Below, piece by piece: positions 1 through 9,775 of a stretch of 64,000 bases of DNA (the stretch's first letter is position 1; the number at the start of each line of letters is the position of its first letter). The notes under the pieces were generated by a model. It did no database searches. It was not told the origin of the DNA and worked only from the letters and a program-made list of their open reading frames with translations. Origin of the DNA: a virus. Position numbers and translations under genes: made by a program. The DNA lies in the IMG/VR virus record IMGVR_UViG_3300025093_000013, positions 48,474 to 112,473 of that record. The stretch is one strand, 5' to 3'.

Positions 1-367
1 CCGAGATCTTAGTCTTGGTTTTCATGAAGCATCCGCATAGGTTGCATTGCTTCTCATTTAAAAGTTCGGGGCAAGCCTTACAAATAGCGAACCTTGCTTC
101 TGCTGTTTGTTCTTCTTCTAGCTTGAAGCCATTCCTAGCCCATGCCCACATAGTTCCGAAGAACATGTTAAGCTTTTGAGTAAAGGTAGTGCCAGTATCA
201 GATGCATTCAAGAAGACTGCAAACACAGACCAGAACTGGTCGCTTTTCTTTCTGAGCTTGTACTTTAAAGTTGATTGCTCAAGGGCAATGTACTTATCTT
301 TCATTGCCTGATATTTGTTCTGCCAATGACCAATCTTGTTTTTTAGGTCGTTTAGATCCTCACTCAT
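1..367 (-). CDS. Partial Cys-cluster protein (DUF6171-like), runs off the left edge; not in ORF track
   Basis: Manual translation from ATG at 367: MSEDLNDLKNKIGHWQNKY...ARFAICKACPELLNEKQCNLCGCFMKTKTKIS; the R-x-x-I-C-x-x-C...C-x-x-CGCFM-x-x-K pattern is common in small phage proteins. Confidence 0.75.
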   Translation of the reverse strand, partial: MSEDLNDLKNKIGHWQNKYQAMKDKYIALEQSTLKYKLRKKSDQFWSVFAVFLNASDTGTTFTQKLNMFFGTMWAWARNGFKLEEEQTAEARFAICKACPELLNEKQCNLCGCFMKTKTKIS

Positions 368-380
368 GATATATAATTAT

Positions 381-518
381 ATGAAGAAGTTAGACGAGGT
401 TTTCAAGACTCGAATGCAGAAGGCTGCATTCAATGCTTACAGGGGTCTTAGAAAAAAGAATCCTATTGCCAAGCGCACAATGAGCAAGCTGAATCAACCT
501 ACGAAAATTGGTAGCTGA
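381..518 (+). CDS. Small basic protein (45 aa), possible head-internal peptide
   Basis: ATG at 381 directly after TATATA (370-375); MKKLDE followed by a K/R-rich tail. The ORF-track start at 336 overlaps the divergent gene and is less likely. Confidence 0.45.
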   Translation: MKKLDEVFKTRMQKAAFNAYRGLRKKNPIAKRTMSKLNQPTKIGS

Positions 519-1177
519 TTTCTTTCTATAAAAGCTTCTCTGTTCTTGTGCCAACTATCCCTGCCTACAAGCTCGCCGTGTGAGTTATGTAGAATGGAAA
601 TAGGTACGACTTTGTTTTTGAGTTTCTTCTTGTGTGCAGACACTGTATAGTGTATGTCATAGAAGTCCCAATCACCTTCAAAGTATTCAGGCTTCTCTAA
701 GCCTACTTCTCGAAGGACTCTACCGCTTGCTGCAAGAAAGAGGCCATCCATGCATACTACTTGGTCTGGCTTTCCATAGTAGGTCGAATCTGCTGTGAGT
801 ATATCATCACCATGGAATACATGACCTCTATGCCTTCCTTGCTGCCATAGTTCGTGATTCCACCACACTGCATCTCTTGAGAGTGCTGTGGTTCCTGCGA
901 CTCCAACAAAGCCTGTCTCTACTTGCAGACAAGTTTGAACTATAATATTTTTGAAAACTTCTGGGTCTGTGAGTATCTCTATATCGTCATGACATAAGAT
1001 AACAATATCATTGTCCTGGATATCAAATTTTTTAAACGCATTTGAATAACCGCTGAAGATAGACTTCTGACCCACTAAGAACTTAGTGCTGATACCAGCC
1101 CTAGATAAGTAAGAAGATAATTTTTTTGTGGTATTACTAAAGTTCTTACTGCGTGTACAAATAAAAGCGTAAATCAT
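494..1177 (-). CDS. Glycosyltransferase, GT-A fold (GT2-like)
   Basis: SIFSGYSNA, ILCHDDIEI (DxD-like), GFVGVAG, DGLFLA, WDFYD motifs. Confidence 0.85.
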   Translation of the reverse strand: MIYAFICTRSKNFSNTTKKLSSYLSRAGISTKFLVGQKSIFSGYSNAFKKFDIQDNDIVILCHDDIEILTDPEVFKNIIVQTCLQVETGFVGVAGTTALSRDAVWWNHELWQQGRHRGHVFHGDDILTADSTYYGKPDQVVCMDGLFLAASGRVLREVGLEKPEYFEGDWDFYDIHYTVSAHKKKLKNKVVPISILHNSHGELVGRDSWHKNREAFIERNQLPIFVG

Positions 1178-2726
1178 GAGACTACAAACAAAAGAAGATT
1201 ACAAGAAAGAGTATGCTAAATGCAAAGAGGACCCTGTATACTTTATAAGTAATTATATCAAGGTGGTCCACCCAGTTCGAGGACTAGTTCCATTTAATTT
1301 GTATCCCTTCCAGAAAACCATCATCCACGCGATAGAAGGAAACAGGTTCAACATACTTAGGAAGTTTAGACAGGCTGGTTGTACAACGATTGCTGCTGCT
1401 TACTCCTTATGGCTTTGTTGCTTCAAGTCTCACCAGACCATTGTTATCTTGTCTGTAGGTGACACGGAATCTACTGAAGTTCTGGACCGTATCAAAATTA
1501 TGTATGACGAACTCCCAGGGTGGATCAAGCCTAAGTCTACAACAATCAACGCACACAACCTTAAGCTAGAGAACAACTCTCATATCAAGTCTCGTCCATC
1601 AGGTAAGCAATCAGGTCGTGGTCTTTCTGGTTCACTACTTATTATTGATGAGGCTGCCTTCATTGAACACATTGATACAATTTGGGCTGCTGTTTATCCC
1701 ATTATTTCTACTGGAGGTCGTGCTTTCGTCCTGTCTACTGTTAATGGTATTGGTAACTGGTATTACGACACTTGGACAAGGGCTGTCGAGGGCGCTAATG
1801 CATTTAACCCAATTCAGATAGGATGGCAGGACCACCCCGAGTACGCGCGTGTAGAGGGCTTTGAGTGGCTCTACAAGGAGATGGAGGAGAGAGACCCTCC
1901 TGCCATTATCGAAGAGTGGGAGCCCACTACAAGGGCTAACATCAGCCATAAGAAGTGGCTACAAGAATACGAGTGTGAGTTCCTTGGAACTGGTGATACA
2001 TTTATCGAAGGTCAGATACTGCAAGCACTGACGGAGAATGTGAATGATAACTTCTATCGTAAGTACAATAACCGAATGTATGTGTGGAAAGATCCAGACC
2101 CTAACTCGACATATTTCATGGCGGTCGATGTTGCATTGGGCAGGGGTCGTGATTATTCTGCTTTTCAAATTATTGATCTTTATTCAGGTGAGCAAGTGGC
2201 TGAGTTCTACTCAAACACCACCCCTATAAATGAGTTTGCCAAGATATGTTTCGATGAGGGCAACTATTATAATTTATGTCCCGTTCTGGTAGAGCGTAAT
2301 ACGATCGGTAACAACTTACTAGACTATCTCTTCGACCAGTTGGAGTACGAGAATGTCTGGTTTGACGAAAAACGAAACATGGGACTCCAAATAACAGCCA
2401 AGAACAGAGATACGATCCTGGTGGAAATGGAAGAAGCTATTCGCATGAGTGAAGTTAAAATTAACTCCAAGAGAACCGTCCTAGAGCTTAATACCTTCAT
2501 TATCAGCGATAATGGCAAGGTCAAGGCAGATACTGGACAAAATGATGATCTTGTTATGAGTTTAGCACTATCTATATACGGAGGCCGAAGATACCGAGAG
2601 GACAACCCTGAGATCATTAAATTTAATCCTTCCAAAGAGAAGAGACCTCCAATGCCATTAAAATCTCAGAAGATCATGACCTCTAGAGGTAGCATAGAAG
2701 AAGACATAACATGGGTAATCAAATAA
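1176..2726 (+). CDS. terL: Terminase large subunit (T4 gp17-like)
   Basis: KCKEDPVYF, LYPFQ, RQAGCTT (Walker A variant), LIIDEAAF (Walker B), STVNG, QEYECEF, VDVALGRGRDYS and DDLVMS nuclease motifs. Confidence 0.97.
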   Translation: MRLQTKEDYKKEYAKCKEDPVYFISNYIKVVHPVRGLVPFNLYPFQKTIIHAIEGNRFNILRKFRQAGCTTIAAAYSLWLCCFKSHQTIVILSVGDTESTEVLDRIKIMYDELPGWIKPKSTTINAHNLKLENNSHIKSRPSGKQSGRGLSGSLLIIDEAAFIEHIDTIWAAVYPIISTGGRAFVLSTVNGIGNWYYDTWTRAVEGANAFNPIQIGWQDHPEYARVEGFEWLYKEMEERDPPAIIEEWEPTTRANISHKKWLQEYECEFLGTGDTFIEGQILQALTENVNDNFYRKYNNRMYVWKDPDPNSTYFMAVDVALGRGRDYSAFQIIDLYSGEQVAEFYSNTTPINEFAKICFDEGNYYNLCPVLVERNTIGNNLLDYLFDQLEYENVWFDEKRNMGLQITAKNRDTILVEMEEAIRMSEVKINSKRTVLELNTFIISDNGKVKADTGQNDDLVMSLALSIYGGRRYREDNPEIIKFNPSKEKRPPMPLKSQKIMTSRGSIEEDITWVIK

Positions 2727-4474
2727 ACGAAAACGCTGGTCCTGGGCTAACAACATGGACACCAGTTGGTGACGGTAGTGTGCAAAGCATGTACACCACT
2801 GGTTACATGTCCAAGATCTTTGCAAAGTTCTTTGCTACTGAGGCGCAGAGAAAGCTTGCCATAGGAGGCGACCCTCGTAACATTGAGGGTGATCTTATTG
2901 TAAACCCAAAGGGTCTTGATAATATCCTTAGCCCTCTTTGGTCCTACACCCGTGGTCTTCCATTCTTACCTGAGTCTGAACTTAACAGGAAGCGTAGATA
3001 TGACGAATACGAGAAGATGGATGATTATCCTGAGATTACCGCTGCTCTTGATATCTATGCTGATGATTCTACTCAGAAAGATCTAAGGAACAAGAGATGG
3101 AAAGTAGTATCTGATAGCATCGATGCCATCGAAGAGGTTGAGAGACTGTTCGATAGAATCAAGCTAGAGCGTGTATACTACGATATTGTAAGGGGCACTT
3201 GCAAGTATGGTGACACTTTCATTGAAACTGTAGCTAATGCTAACGATATGACTGCTGGCATCATGAAAGTTAAGGTGCTGAACCCTTACTACATCATGAG
3301 AATAGAAGATAAGTTCGGATATCTCAAGACATTTATTCAAGAAATACCTCATGGCTCACAGGACACAGGAAGTTATGCCCAGAGTAACTCCTCTTACATC
3401 GAGCTAGACAAGAATCAGATCGTCCATTTCCGTCTGAACACCTCTGATCCCAAATATTACCCTTACGGTAAGTCTATTCTTGCTGGTGCAATCCGTGTTT
3501 ATCGCTCTCTCAAGCTCATGGAAGACGCAATGCTTGTCTATCGTCTCTCTAGAGCGCCTGAAAGACGCATTTTCTATGTCGATGTAGGCAACCTACCTGC
3601 CTCAAAGGCTGAGGGTTTCCTTGAAACCATGAAAACACGCTTCAAGAAGGAGAAGTTCCACAACAATAATAAGGTTGATGGTCGCTTCAACCCTCTTGCA
3701 GTCGATGAAGACTTCTTCGTACCCGTCAGAGGCAACCAAGGAACTAAGATTGACACCTTACCAGGGGCACAAAACCTTGGTGAAGTCGATGATGTCAAGT
3801 ATTTCCGTGATAAATTGCTTGCAACACTTAAGGTTCCCAAGGATTACATCGTTGAGTACGACAAATCACCTGAAAGAAAGGCAAATCTTAGCCAACTTGA
3901 TGTAAAGTTTGCTCGCGTTATCCAAAGAGTACAGGATTCCGTGTGTGTTGGCCTTGCTGACATCGCAAAAAGGCACCTAACTATGCTTGACTACCCTGCA
4001 AGTGTCGTTAGACGCCTAAAAATCACCCTTCCTGAGCCTTCTGATGTCTTTATCAAGCGTAAACTAGAGATTGATGAGGCAAAAGCCCGTGTTGTACAGG
4101 CTGTAGTCGGTACAGGACTCTTCCCAACCAGCCGTATCTACAAAGAATACTATGATATGACTGATACTGAGATTGAAATGGTCAAGAAAGACCTTGAAGA
4201 CGAGCAACAGAAGCAAAATCAGCAAGAACTTGAGCAACAAGCGGGTCAAGCCCAAACTCAAGCGGCTGCTGACATGGCAGTTGCCGATAATCAAGCTCAA
4301 AATGACTTAGCAATGCAACAAGCACAGCAACAAGCGCAACCAGCGCCCCAAAAAGAAGAAATTGACAGCCTGACTCTTCTAAAACGGCAATATTTGATGA
4401 CTGAGGGCATTGACTCTGCAAAATACCGTGCAATCGACCGAGTTCTGAAAAATAAAAATAAAATCGACGGCTGA
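2711..4474 (+). CDS. gp20: Portal vertex protein (T4 gp20-like) with Gln/Ala-rich C-terminal extension
   Basis: PEITAALDIYADD, LKLMEDAMLVYRLSRAPERRIFYVDVGNLP, EDFFVPVRG, IDTLPG, DVKYFRDKL motifs. Confidence 0.97.
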   Translation: MGNQINENAGPGLTTWTPVGDGSVQSMYTTGYMSKIFAKFFATEAQRKLAIGGDPRNIEGDLIVNPKGLDNILSPLWSYTRGLPFLPESELNRKRRYDEYEKMDDYPEITAALDIYADDSTQKDLRNKRWKVVSDSIDAIEEVERLFDRIKLERVYYDIVRGTCKYGDTFIETVANANDMTAGIMKVKVLNPYYIMRIEDKFGYLKTFIQEIPHGSQDTGSYAQSNSSYIELDKNQIVHFRLNTSDPKYYPYGKSILAGAIRVYRSLKLMEDAMLVYRLSRAPERRIFYVDVGNLPASKAEGFLETMKTRFKKEKFHNNNKVDGRFNPLAVDEDFFVPVRGNQGTKIDTLPGAQNLGEVDDVKYFRDKLLATLKVPKDYIVEYDKSPERKANLSQLDVKFARVIQRVQDSVCVGLADIAKRHLTMLDYPASVVRRLKITLPEPSDVFIKRKLEIDEAKARVVQAVVGTGLFPTSRIYKEYYDMTDTEIEMVKKDLEDEQQKQNQQELEQQAGQAQTQAAADMAVADNQAQNDLAMQQAQQQAQPAPQKEEIDSLTLLKRQYLMTEGIDSAKYRAIDRVLKNKNKIDG

Positions 4475-4489
4475 AAGGCATTAAAAAGC

Positions 4490-4495
4490 TATATA
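4490..4495 (+). promoter_or_regulatory. Putative late promoter TANATA (TATATA)
   Basis: The same TANATA element recurs in short intergenic gaps before + strand structural genes. Confidence 0.45.
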
Positions 4496-4523
4496 TTTAG
4501 TAATCTGCATCTGCACCAATAAA

Positions 4524-6059
4524 ATGGAAAAAATATTCAACAAGCGAGATAGAAAAATCTCCAATCTTACTCTCATGGCCGATAGTCTCGGCTACGCTCT
4601 ACGAGAGAATGTTTCTTTATTCTCCGTAGACGATAACAACGCCACTGCTACATTTATTACAGAGGCTGGGAACATCATCGAAGGTAATTATTACTTTGGT
4701 GAGGAAATGGTCCTTGACAATATTCAAGTTGAGTCAGGGGACATGTTCAAAGAAGAAGAGAAATTTGATTCTTTCACCAGGGATCAAATTTCTTCATTAG
4801 TGGAGAACATTTATAACGACGAGCTTGTTGGTGCTGGTGATATCTTCGATACGCTTATCGAGTCTTGGAACTCTAGAGTAAAGTTCAACAAGACTGTCGA
4901 GCGTCTTGAGGAGAAATCACAATCTTTCAACAACACCTTTAACATCGTTGAGACAAAGGAGTTTGAGAGATTCGTTGAGGTTTCCGAGAACATCTCCAAG
5001 TTCCTACAGGAGAACGCAGAAAAGATTACAGCTATCCCTGAGATTGTTAACGCAATCCGCCTCTCCAATGTTCTATCCGAGGCTTTCGACATTCCCAGAC
5101 TTACTCTAGAGCAGCTAGGTGAGCAAGGTGACTTCAGTGTCAAGCTTGGCGAGAACCGTGACATTTACGAGATGGTATGCAAGCAGGAGCTTGTCAAAAA
5201 GGAGATCCTTGAGTCCAAGAAGTCCTTCGATACCGTGTGGGTAACTGAGCCCTCCATCTCAAACCTTTCTGTCAAGATGTACGAGAGCGACGATGAGATT
5301 GAGAAGGCTCTTGTTGAGGCTTTCTCTAATGTGCCTTACCTTGCACTCATCTCAAAGAAGCAGCTATCAAACACAATCGCAAAGAACCTTAGCACACTTC
5401 ATGAGCAGGTTGGCTACACAAAGTCTGACCTAAAGGAGTATGTTGCCAAGCTCTTTGAGATGAAGAAGCCTCTCAAAGAGCTTGTTTCTAACCTACTTCA
5501 AGAGAAGTACGGTGTCAATGTAAACAACCTCAAAGAGACTCCTACCTTCAAGACCCTTCTTAACACTCAGGTTCTTATCTTCGAGTCACTTGCAAAAGTA
5601 GCTCCAAGAAGCAGTGTTATCAAGGAGGCTTTCTCTGCCATGGCTGAGATGCTCAAGGGTAAGAACGGTGTTCAAGCCATCGATGTCAACCAGGGCATGA
5701 AGTACCTTTTCGAGAACTCAGGCTTTGCCGAAGTTTACGAGGTGCAACCAATTGTTTCTAACTTCTCTCTCAACGAGTCCGTCACCGAAGACGAAGAAGA
5801 TCTTGAGATGATTCTTTCTGAGCTAGTCTCTGAAGAGGACGAGGAGAAGAAGAAAAAGAAGAAAGCTAAGTCTTCCAAGAAGAAAGATGACGAAGACGAA
5901 GAAGAGGATGATGAGGACGAGAAGAAGGAGATGTCTTCTGATGACGCAGCCGAGGCTGTTAGTGAAGAAGAGAACACGATGACAACTCAAGAACTCATGA
6001 AGGCTCTTTCTGATATTGAAGACCTAGTTTCAGGACCACAAGATTTGGAGGATGAGTGA
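4524..6059 (+). CDS. Putative prohead core/head-associated protein, acidic with a low-complexity C-terminus
   Basis: Follows the portal gene; Glu-rich with many L/I-x-E sites; poly-E/poly-K tail; codon usage resembles the major structural genes. Confidence 0.6.
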   Translation: MEKIFNKRDRKISNLTLMADSLGYALRENVSLFSVDDNNATATFITEAGNIIEGNYYFGEEMVLDNIQVESGDMFKEEEKFDSFTRDQISSLVENIYNDELVGAGDIFDTLIESWNSRVKFNKTVERLEEKSQSFNNTFNIVETKEFERFVEVSENISKFLQENAEKITAIPEIVNAIRLSNVLSEAFDIPRLTLEQLGEQGDFSVKLGENRDIYEMVCKQELVKKEILESKKSFDTVWVTEPSISNLSVKMYESDDEIEKALVEAFSNVPYLALISKKQLSNTIAKNLSTLHEQVGYTKSDLKEYVAKLFEMKKPLKELVSNLLQEKYGVNVNNLKETPTFKTLLNTQVLIFESLAKVAPRSSVIKEAFSAMAEMLKGKNGVQAIDVNQGMKYLFENSGFAEVYEVQPIVSNFSLNESVTEDEEDLEMILSELVSEEDEEKKKKKKAKSSKKKDDEDEEEDDEDEKKEMSSDDAAEAVSEEENTMTTQELMKALSDIEDLVSGPQDLEDE

Positions 6060-6484
6060 TGCGAGAAGGATTTAGACCATATACAAAACTAATTACACTA
6101 AACAGTACAACCAGAACAAGCGTTGCATTTAGAGATACAGGAAACAACTCTATCAACTGTAATTACATTAAAGTCGAGCCTGTGAGTGGTACTCCCGATG
6201 ATGGGCTTTTCTATGTAACTCCTACAGGCCCTTCAACTGAACTAGGTGCCTCTAACACGCTTGCAGCAACTGCATTGCCTGTAGACGCGACTGCTTCTGG
6301 TAACTGTGGTGGTGTAGCCTCTTGCTTGAATGGAACAGTCGTGCTATCTTTGATTAGCCCAGATTTCTCCAATTCATGTTTCATATCTCAAACAACAACT
6401 GACCCTGTAGTATATGGAATTACTTATGGAGTTGTTCAGGAATCTAATAACTTAAAAGACTCTAGAGAATATAGGGGCAAATAG
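6056..6484 (+). CDS. Hypothetical virion protein
   Basis: Overlapping stop/start coupling with neighbours; S/T/G-rich beta composition. Confidence 0.6.
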   Translation: MMREGFRPYTKLITLNSTTRTSVAFRDTGNNSINCNYIKVEPVSGTPDDGLFYVTPTGPSTELGASNTLAATALPVDATASGNCGGVASCLNGTVVLSLISPDFSNSCFISQTTTDPVVYGITYGVVQESNNLKDSREYRGK

Positions 6485-6894
6485 TGTTTAAGTCCTTTTC
6501 AACTCTAAAGACTGTTCTTGATGACGCTGATGTTTCAGCCAGGGCAAGAAGAGTATTTAGAGATGCTCAGATCGTTTTCTCTGACTCTACAGGCCCTGTG
6601 ATAGCAGTTTTTGGTATTGGTGATTTAAAGGGTCGTAAAGGAAACGATTACAAGGCTGCTTTTTTCAGAATTAGTTCTACTAGGATAGCTCTTAGAATAT
6701 TTAATTCTAGTGGCACGGGCATTGAAACCCATGTTGGAAACTCGACGGGCTCTGGTGATGAAGTAGAACAAATGGTAGCTGCCGCCGCAAATAGCCCTTA
6801 TGTTAAGATTAGGTTTGTAAAGAATAGCTCTGAAAGCTTTTCGCCTTCAATTAACTACGCTGATGCAACATCATTCAGAGGTGGCGCAGGTTGA
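6484..6894 (+). CDS. Hypothetical virion protein (GTG start)
   Basis: TAGTG stop/start overlap; the C-terminal F-x-GG motif resembles sheath-like domain ends. Confidence 0.55.
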   Translation: MFKSFSTLKTVLDDADVSARARRVFRDAQIVFSDSTGPVIAVFGIGDLKGRKGNDYKAAFFRISSTRIALRIFNSSGTGIETHVGNSTGSGDEVEQMVAAAANSPYVKIRFVKNSSESFSPSINYADATSFRGGAG

Positions 6895-6907
6895 TATATA
6901 ATATATC
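6893..6907 (+). promoter_or_regulatory. Palindromic AT element GATATAT-A-ATATATC directly before ATG (putative promoter, leaderless)
   Basis: Perfect 7-bp inverted repeat containing TATATA/TATAAT; no Shine-Dalgarno before 6908. Confidence 0.45.
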
Positions 6908-9775
6908 ATGGCAGACCAAATACCTTTAAGAATAGTTACTGTCTCAGGTCAACCCTTTATTGGAGAGTTTCAATCAGGTGACACCGTTGGAGTCGTTCAT
7001 GGTGGAACTGGTGCATCAAGTATAGCTGGTCTAAAAACCGCCTTAGACTATAACCTAACTGGTTTAGACGATGTTGCTGTAGGGTTCCCTGATGCGTTAT
7101 CAGCTAACCAAATTATTGTTTGGAACGGGACTGCTTGGGTAAACGAATACAACGACAAGACTGAGATGCGTGTTCGGAACGGCAACGAAGTTGCCATGAG
7201 CAAGGGTGATGTAATTGCCATTAAAGATTCTCAGAACGCTAATCTTGTAAATGTTATCCTAGCAGATGCATCTCAAACATCTGCTATGCCTGCTCTTGGT
7301 GTTCTTGAGCAAGACCTTGCTGTAGGTGAAGAGGGTATTGCAATTACTTTTGGCAAGGCTCAGGGTCTTAATACATCGGGTCTTACAGAAGGTGCAACTG
7401 CTTATGTGAGTCCTACAACTCCAGGGGGTATCACTACTACTAAACCCACCTCTGGAGATCACTTTATTCAAAACATAGGTATCGTTATGAGAGCAAATGC
7501 TTTTAACGGTGCTATTAAGGTTACTGGTATTGGTCGTGCTAACGATATACCTAACGCGGAGATTACGACACTATCAGGTGATGCTGATTATGTTTACATT
7601 GATGATGGTGGTGTTTGGAAAAAGATTACTCCCGCAAACCTAGGTGTAGGTAGTGGAGGTGGAGGATCCGCATCCTTATCAGGTCTAACTGACACTAATA
7701 TTTCATCTCCTTCACATAATGAATCTCTTGTTTGGACATCCTCCACAGGAGAGTGGATCAATGCTAGTGTCGCAGGTGGTGGAGGAGTAACGGATCACGG
7801 GCTACTTACAGGTCTAAGCGATAACGATCACCCACAGTATGTTCTAACTACTATCAATAATGATCTGTCAACTCTTGTAACAAACATAGAAACCTCTACA
7901 GTTGATATATCAGGTTACATAGCTGCCAATGAAACCACATGGTCAACTGACAACGATACAACAGATCACACTGCTCTGAGTAATATAGGCACAAACACTC
8001 ACGCCCAGATTGATAGTCACATAGCCTCAGGTTCTGTACACTTTACAGAAGCGAGCATTGATCATGGATCTATTGCTGGTCTAGGTGACAATGACCATCC
8101 TCAGTATGTTCTTTCTGCTACTAATAATGCTCTATCAAGCCTTGTAACGAGTGTAGAAACATCTACAGTAAGCCTTTCTAGCTATATTGCGGCTAATGAG
8201 ACTACATGGTCAACTGACAATGACACGACTGATCACACTGCCTTAAGTAATATCGGTACTAACACCCATGCTCAAATCGATAGCCATATTGCTTCAGGAT
8301 CCGTACACTTCACAGAAGCGAGTATTGACCATGGATCTATTGCTGGACTAGCAGACAATGATCACCCTCAGTATGTTCTTTCGGCAACTAACAACGATCT
8401 GTCTACGCTTGTCACTAGCGTTGAAACATCTACTGTAAGCCTTTCAAGCTATATCGCTGCTAACGAAACAACTTGGTCCACGGATAATGACACAACAGAT
8501 CATACTGCCTTAAGTAATATAGGAACTAATACCCACGCTCAGATTGATAGCCATATTGCGTCTGGGTCTGTACACTTTACAGAAGCAAGCATTGACCACG
8601 GATCTATCGCTGGTCTTGGTGATAACGATCACCCTCAATATGTTCTCTCTGCTACCAATAATGCTCTATCAAGCCTTGTAACGAGTGTAGAAACATCAAC
8701 AGTTAATCTATCTGGGTATATTGCAGCTAACGAGACAACTTGGGCTACTGATACTGACACCACTGATCACACTGCTCTAAGTAATATCGGTACTAATACA
8801 CACGCTCAGATTGATACTCATATTAGTAACCACACCACCTCAGCAAATACTTGGAATGGTACTTACCAGACGGTATTTGATAACTCGGGTAGTTGGGGTG
8901 GTGGAGGAGGAGTCACCGATCACGGCGCTTTAACGGGTCTAGCCGACAACGATCACCCGCAGTATGTGCTATCTTCTACTAACGCTGCGCTAAGTTCTCT
9001 TGTAACAGATACCACAGACGCAAGCACATTGTTCAGCGGAAACATTACTGTAACAGGAACTACTGCAACTCATATAGGAACTCTAGGAACTACTGACGCT
9101 GCTACATTCGGATTACAATCAAGCGGTAACACTTCCATAATTGCACCATCTCTAATATTGAGTGCGACTACAGCCTATCAATTCCGTAAGAATGGTAGCA
9201 CTACATTCACTGATACAGACTTCCCTCAGTCTTGTAGGGATTGGGACTCTACCTACAACACTGTTCTTAACAGTTCAGGTTCTTGGGGTGGTGGAGGCGG
9301 TGGAGGCGTAGCCGCTGGTATTACTGTTGTTAACACGGGAACAGATAATATTAACTCTACTGGTGGTGCCCTTGTTCCATTAGATGTAACCGCTGGATAT
9401 CCTGCATATGGAAGTTATGCTACAGACTTTAGTTACACTCCTGGTAATGCCTATGTAACTATCAACACAGCAGGAACTTACGAGGTAACATTTAATGTTG
9501 GTTACATTTCAACAACCACTCGATGGAACGGTGTATTAAAAATATACAAAGGTACTGGTGGAGCATCCCCAAGTGCGTGGATTGGTTATGGAGCAGGCAA
9601 GATGGGTTATGTAAGAAACTCAAGTGGTCATAACGAGTCCTCTCTAATTGTAACCTGTCTTGTAACCTGTTCCGCTAATGATACTGTAGGTGGTCATGTA
9701 ATTAACGAAGCCACTAGCGGAACATGTACTCTGGTTGCTAACGAAACATTCATGACAATTAAGAGGATGTCTTGA
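6908..9775 (+). CDS. Fibre/decoration protein with a capsid-cement-like N-terminal region, His-rich 89-aa repeats and a C1q/BclA-like C-terminus
   Basis: GVVHGGTGA, LTGLDDV...WNGTAWVN, KGDVIAI...PALGV...GIAITFG, repeated DHGxxxGLxDNDHPQY, C-terminal VTINTAGTYEVTFNV. Confidence 0.75.
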   Translation: MADQIPLRIVTVSGQPFIGEFQSGDTVGVVHGGTGASSIAGLKTALDYNLTGLDDVAVGFPDALSANQIIVWNGTAWVNEYNDKTEMRVRNGNEVAMSKGDVIAIKDSQNANLVNVILADASQTSAMPALGVLEQDLAVGEEGIAITFGKAQGLNTSGLTEGATAYVSPTTPGGITTTKPTSGDHFIQNIGIVMRANAFNGAIKVTGIGRANDIPNAEITTLSGDADYVYIDDGGVWKKITPANLGVGSGGGGSASLSGLTDTNISSPSHNESLVWTSSTGEWINASVAGGGGVTDHGLLTGLSDNDHPQYVLTTINNDLSTLVTNIETSTVDISGYIAANETTWSTDNDTTDHTALSNIGTNTHAQIDSHIASGSVHFTEASIDHGSIAGLGDNDHPQYVLSATNNALSSLVTSVETSTVSLSSYIAANETTWSTDNDTTDHTALSNIGTNTHAQIDSHIASGSVHFTEASIDHGSIAGLADNDHPQYVLSATNNDLSTLVTSVETSTVSLSSYIAANETTWSTDNDTTDHTALSNIGTNTHAQIDSHIASGSVHFTEASIDHGSIAGLGDNDHPQYVLSATNNALSSLVTSVETSTVNLSGYIAANETTWATDTDTTDHTALSNIGTNTHAQIDTHISNHTTSANTWNGTYQTVFDNSGSWGGGGGVTDHGALTGLADNDHPQYVLSSTNAALSSLVTDTTDASTLFSGNITVTGTTATHIGTLGTTDAATFGLQSSGNTSIIAPSLILSATTAYQFRKNGSTTFTDTDFPQSCRDWDSTYNTVLNSSGSWGGGGGGGVAAGITVVNTGTDNINSTGGALVPLDVTAGYPAYGSYATDFSYTPGNAYVTINTAGTYEVTFNVGYISTTTRWNGVLKIYKGTGGASPSAWIGYGAGKMGYVRNSSGHNESSLIVTCLVTCSANDTVGGHVINEATSGTCTLVANETFMTIKRMS
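7793..9006 (+). repeat. Intragenic tandem repeat, 267-bp (89-aa) period, about 4 units plus a partial fifth
   Basis: DHG units begin at 7793, 8060, 8327 and 8594 (exact 267 spacing) and at 8918. Confidence 0.95.

Noticed and set aside
4190-4360. CAA/CAG-rich tract in portal gene
   Set aside because: Gln/Ala-rich C-terminal extension; variable low-complexity tails are common in gp20 homologs
5830-5930. GAA/GAC/AAG-rich low-complexity tract as a DNA repeat
   Set aside because: Explained by the poly-Glu/Asp/Lys protein tail
7793-9006. Regularly spaced repeats as a CRISPR array or DGR template
   Set aside because: They are in-frame 267-bp coding repeats with synonymous differences, no unique spacers, no adenine-specific variation and no reverse transcriptase in the window
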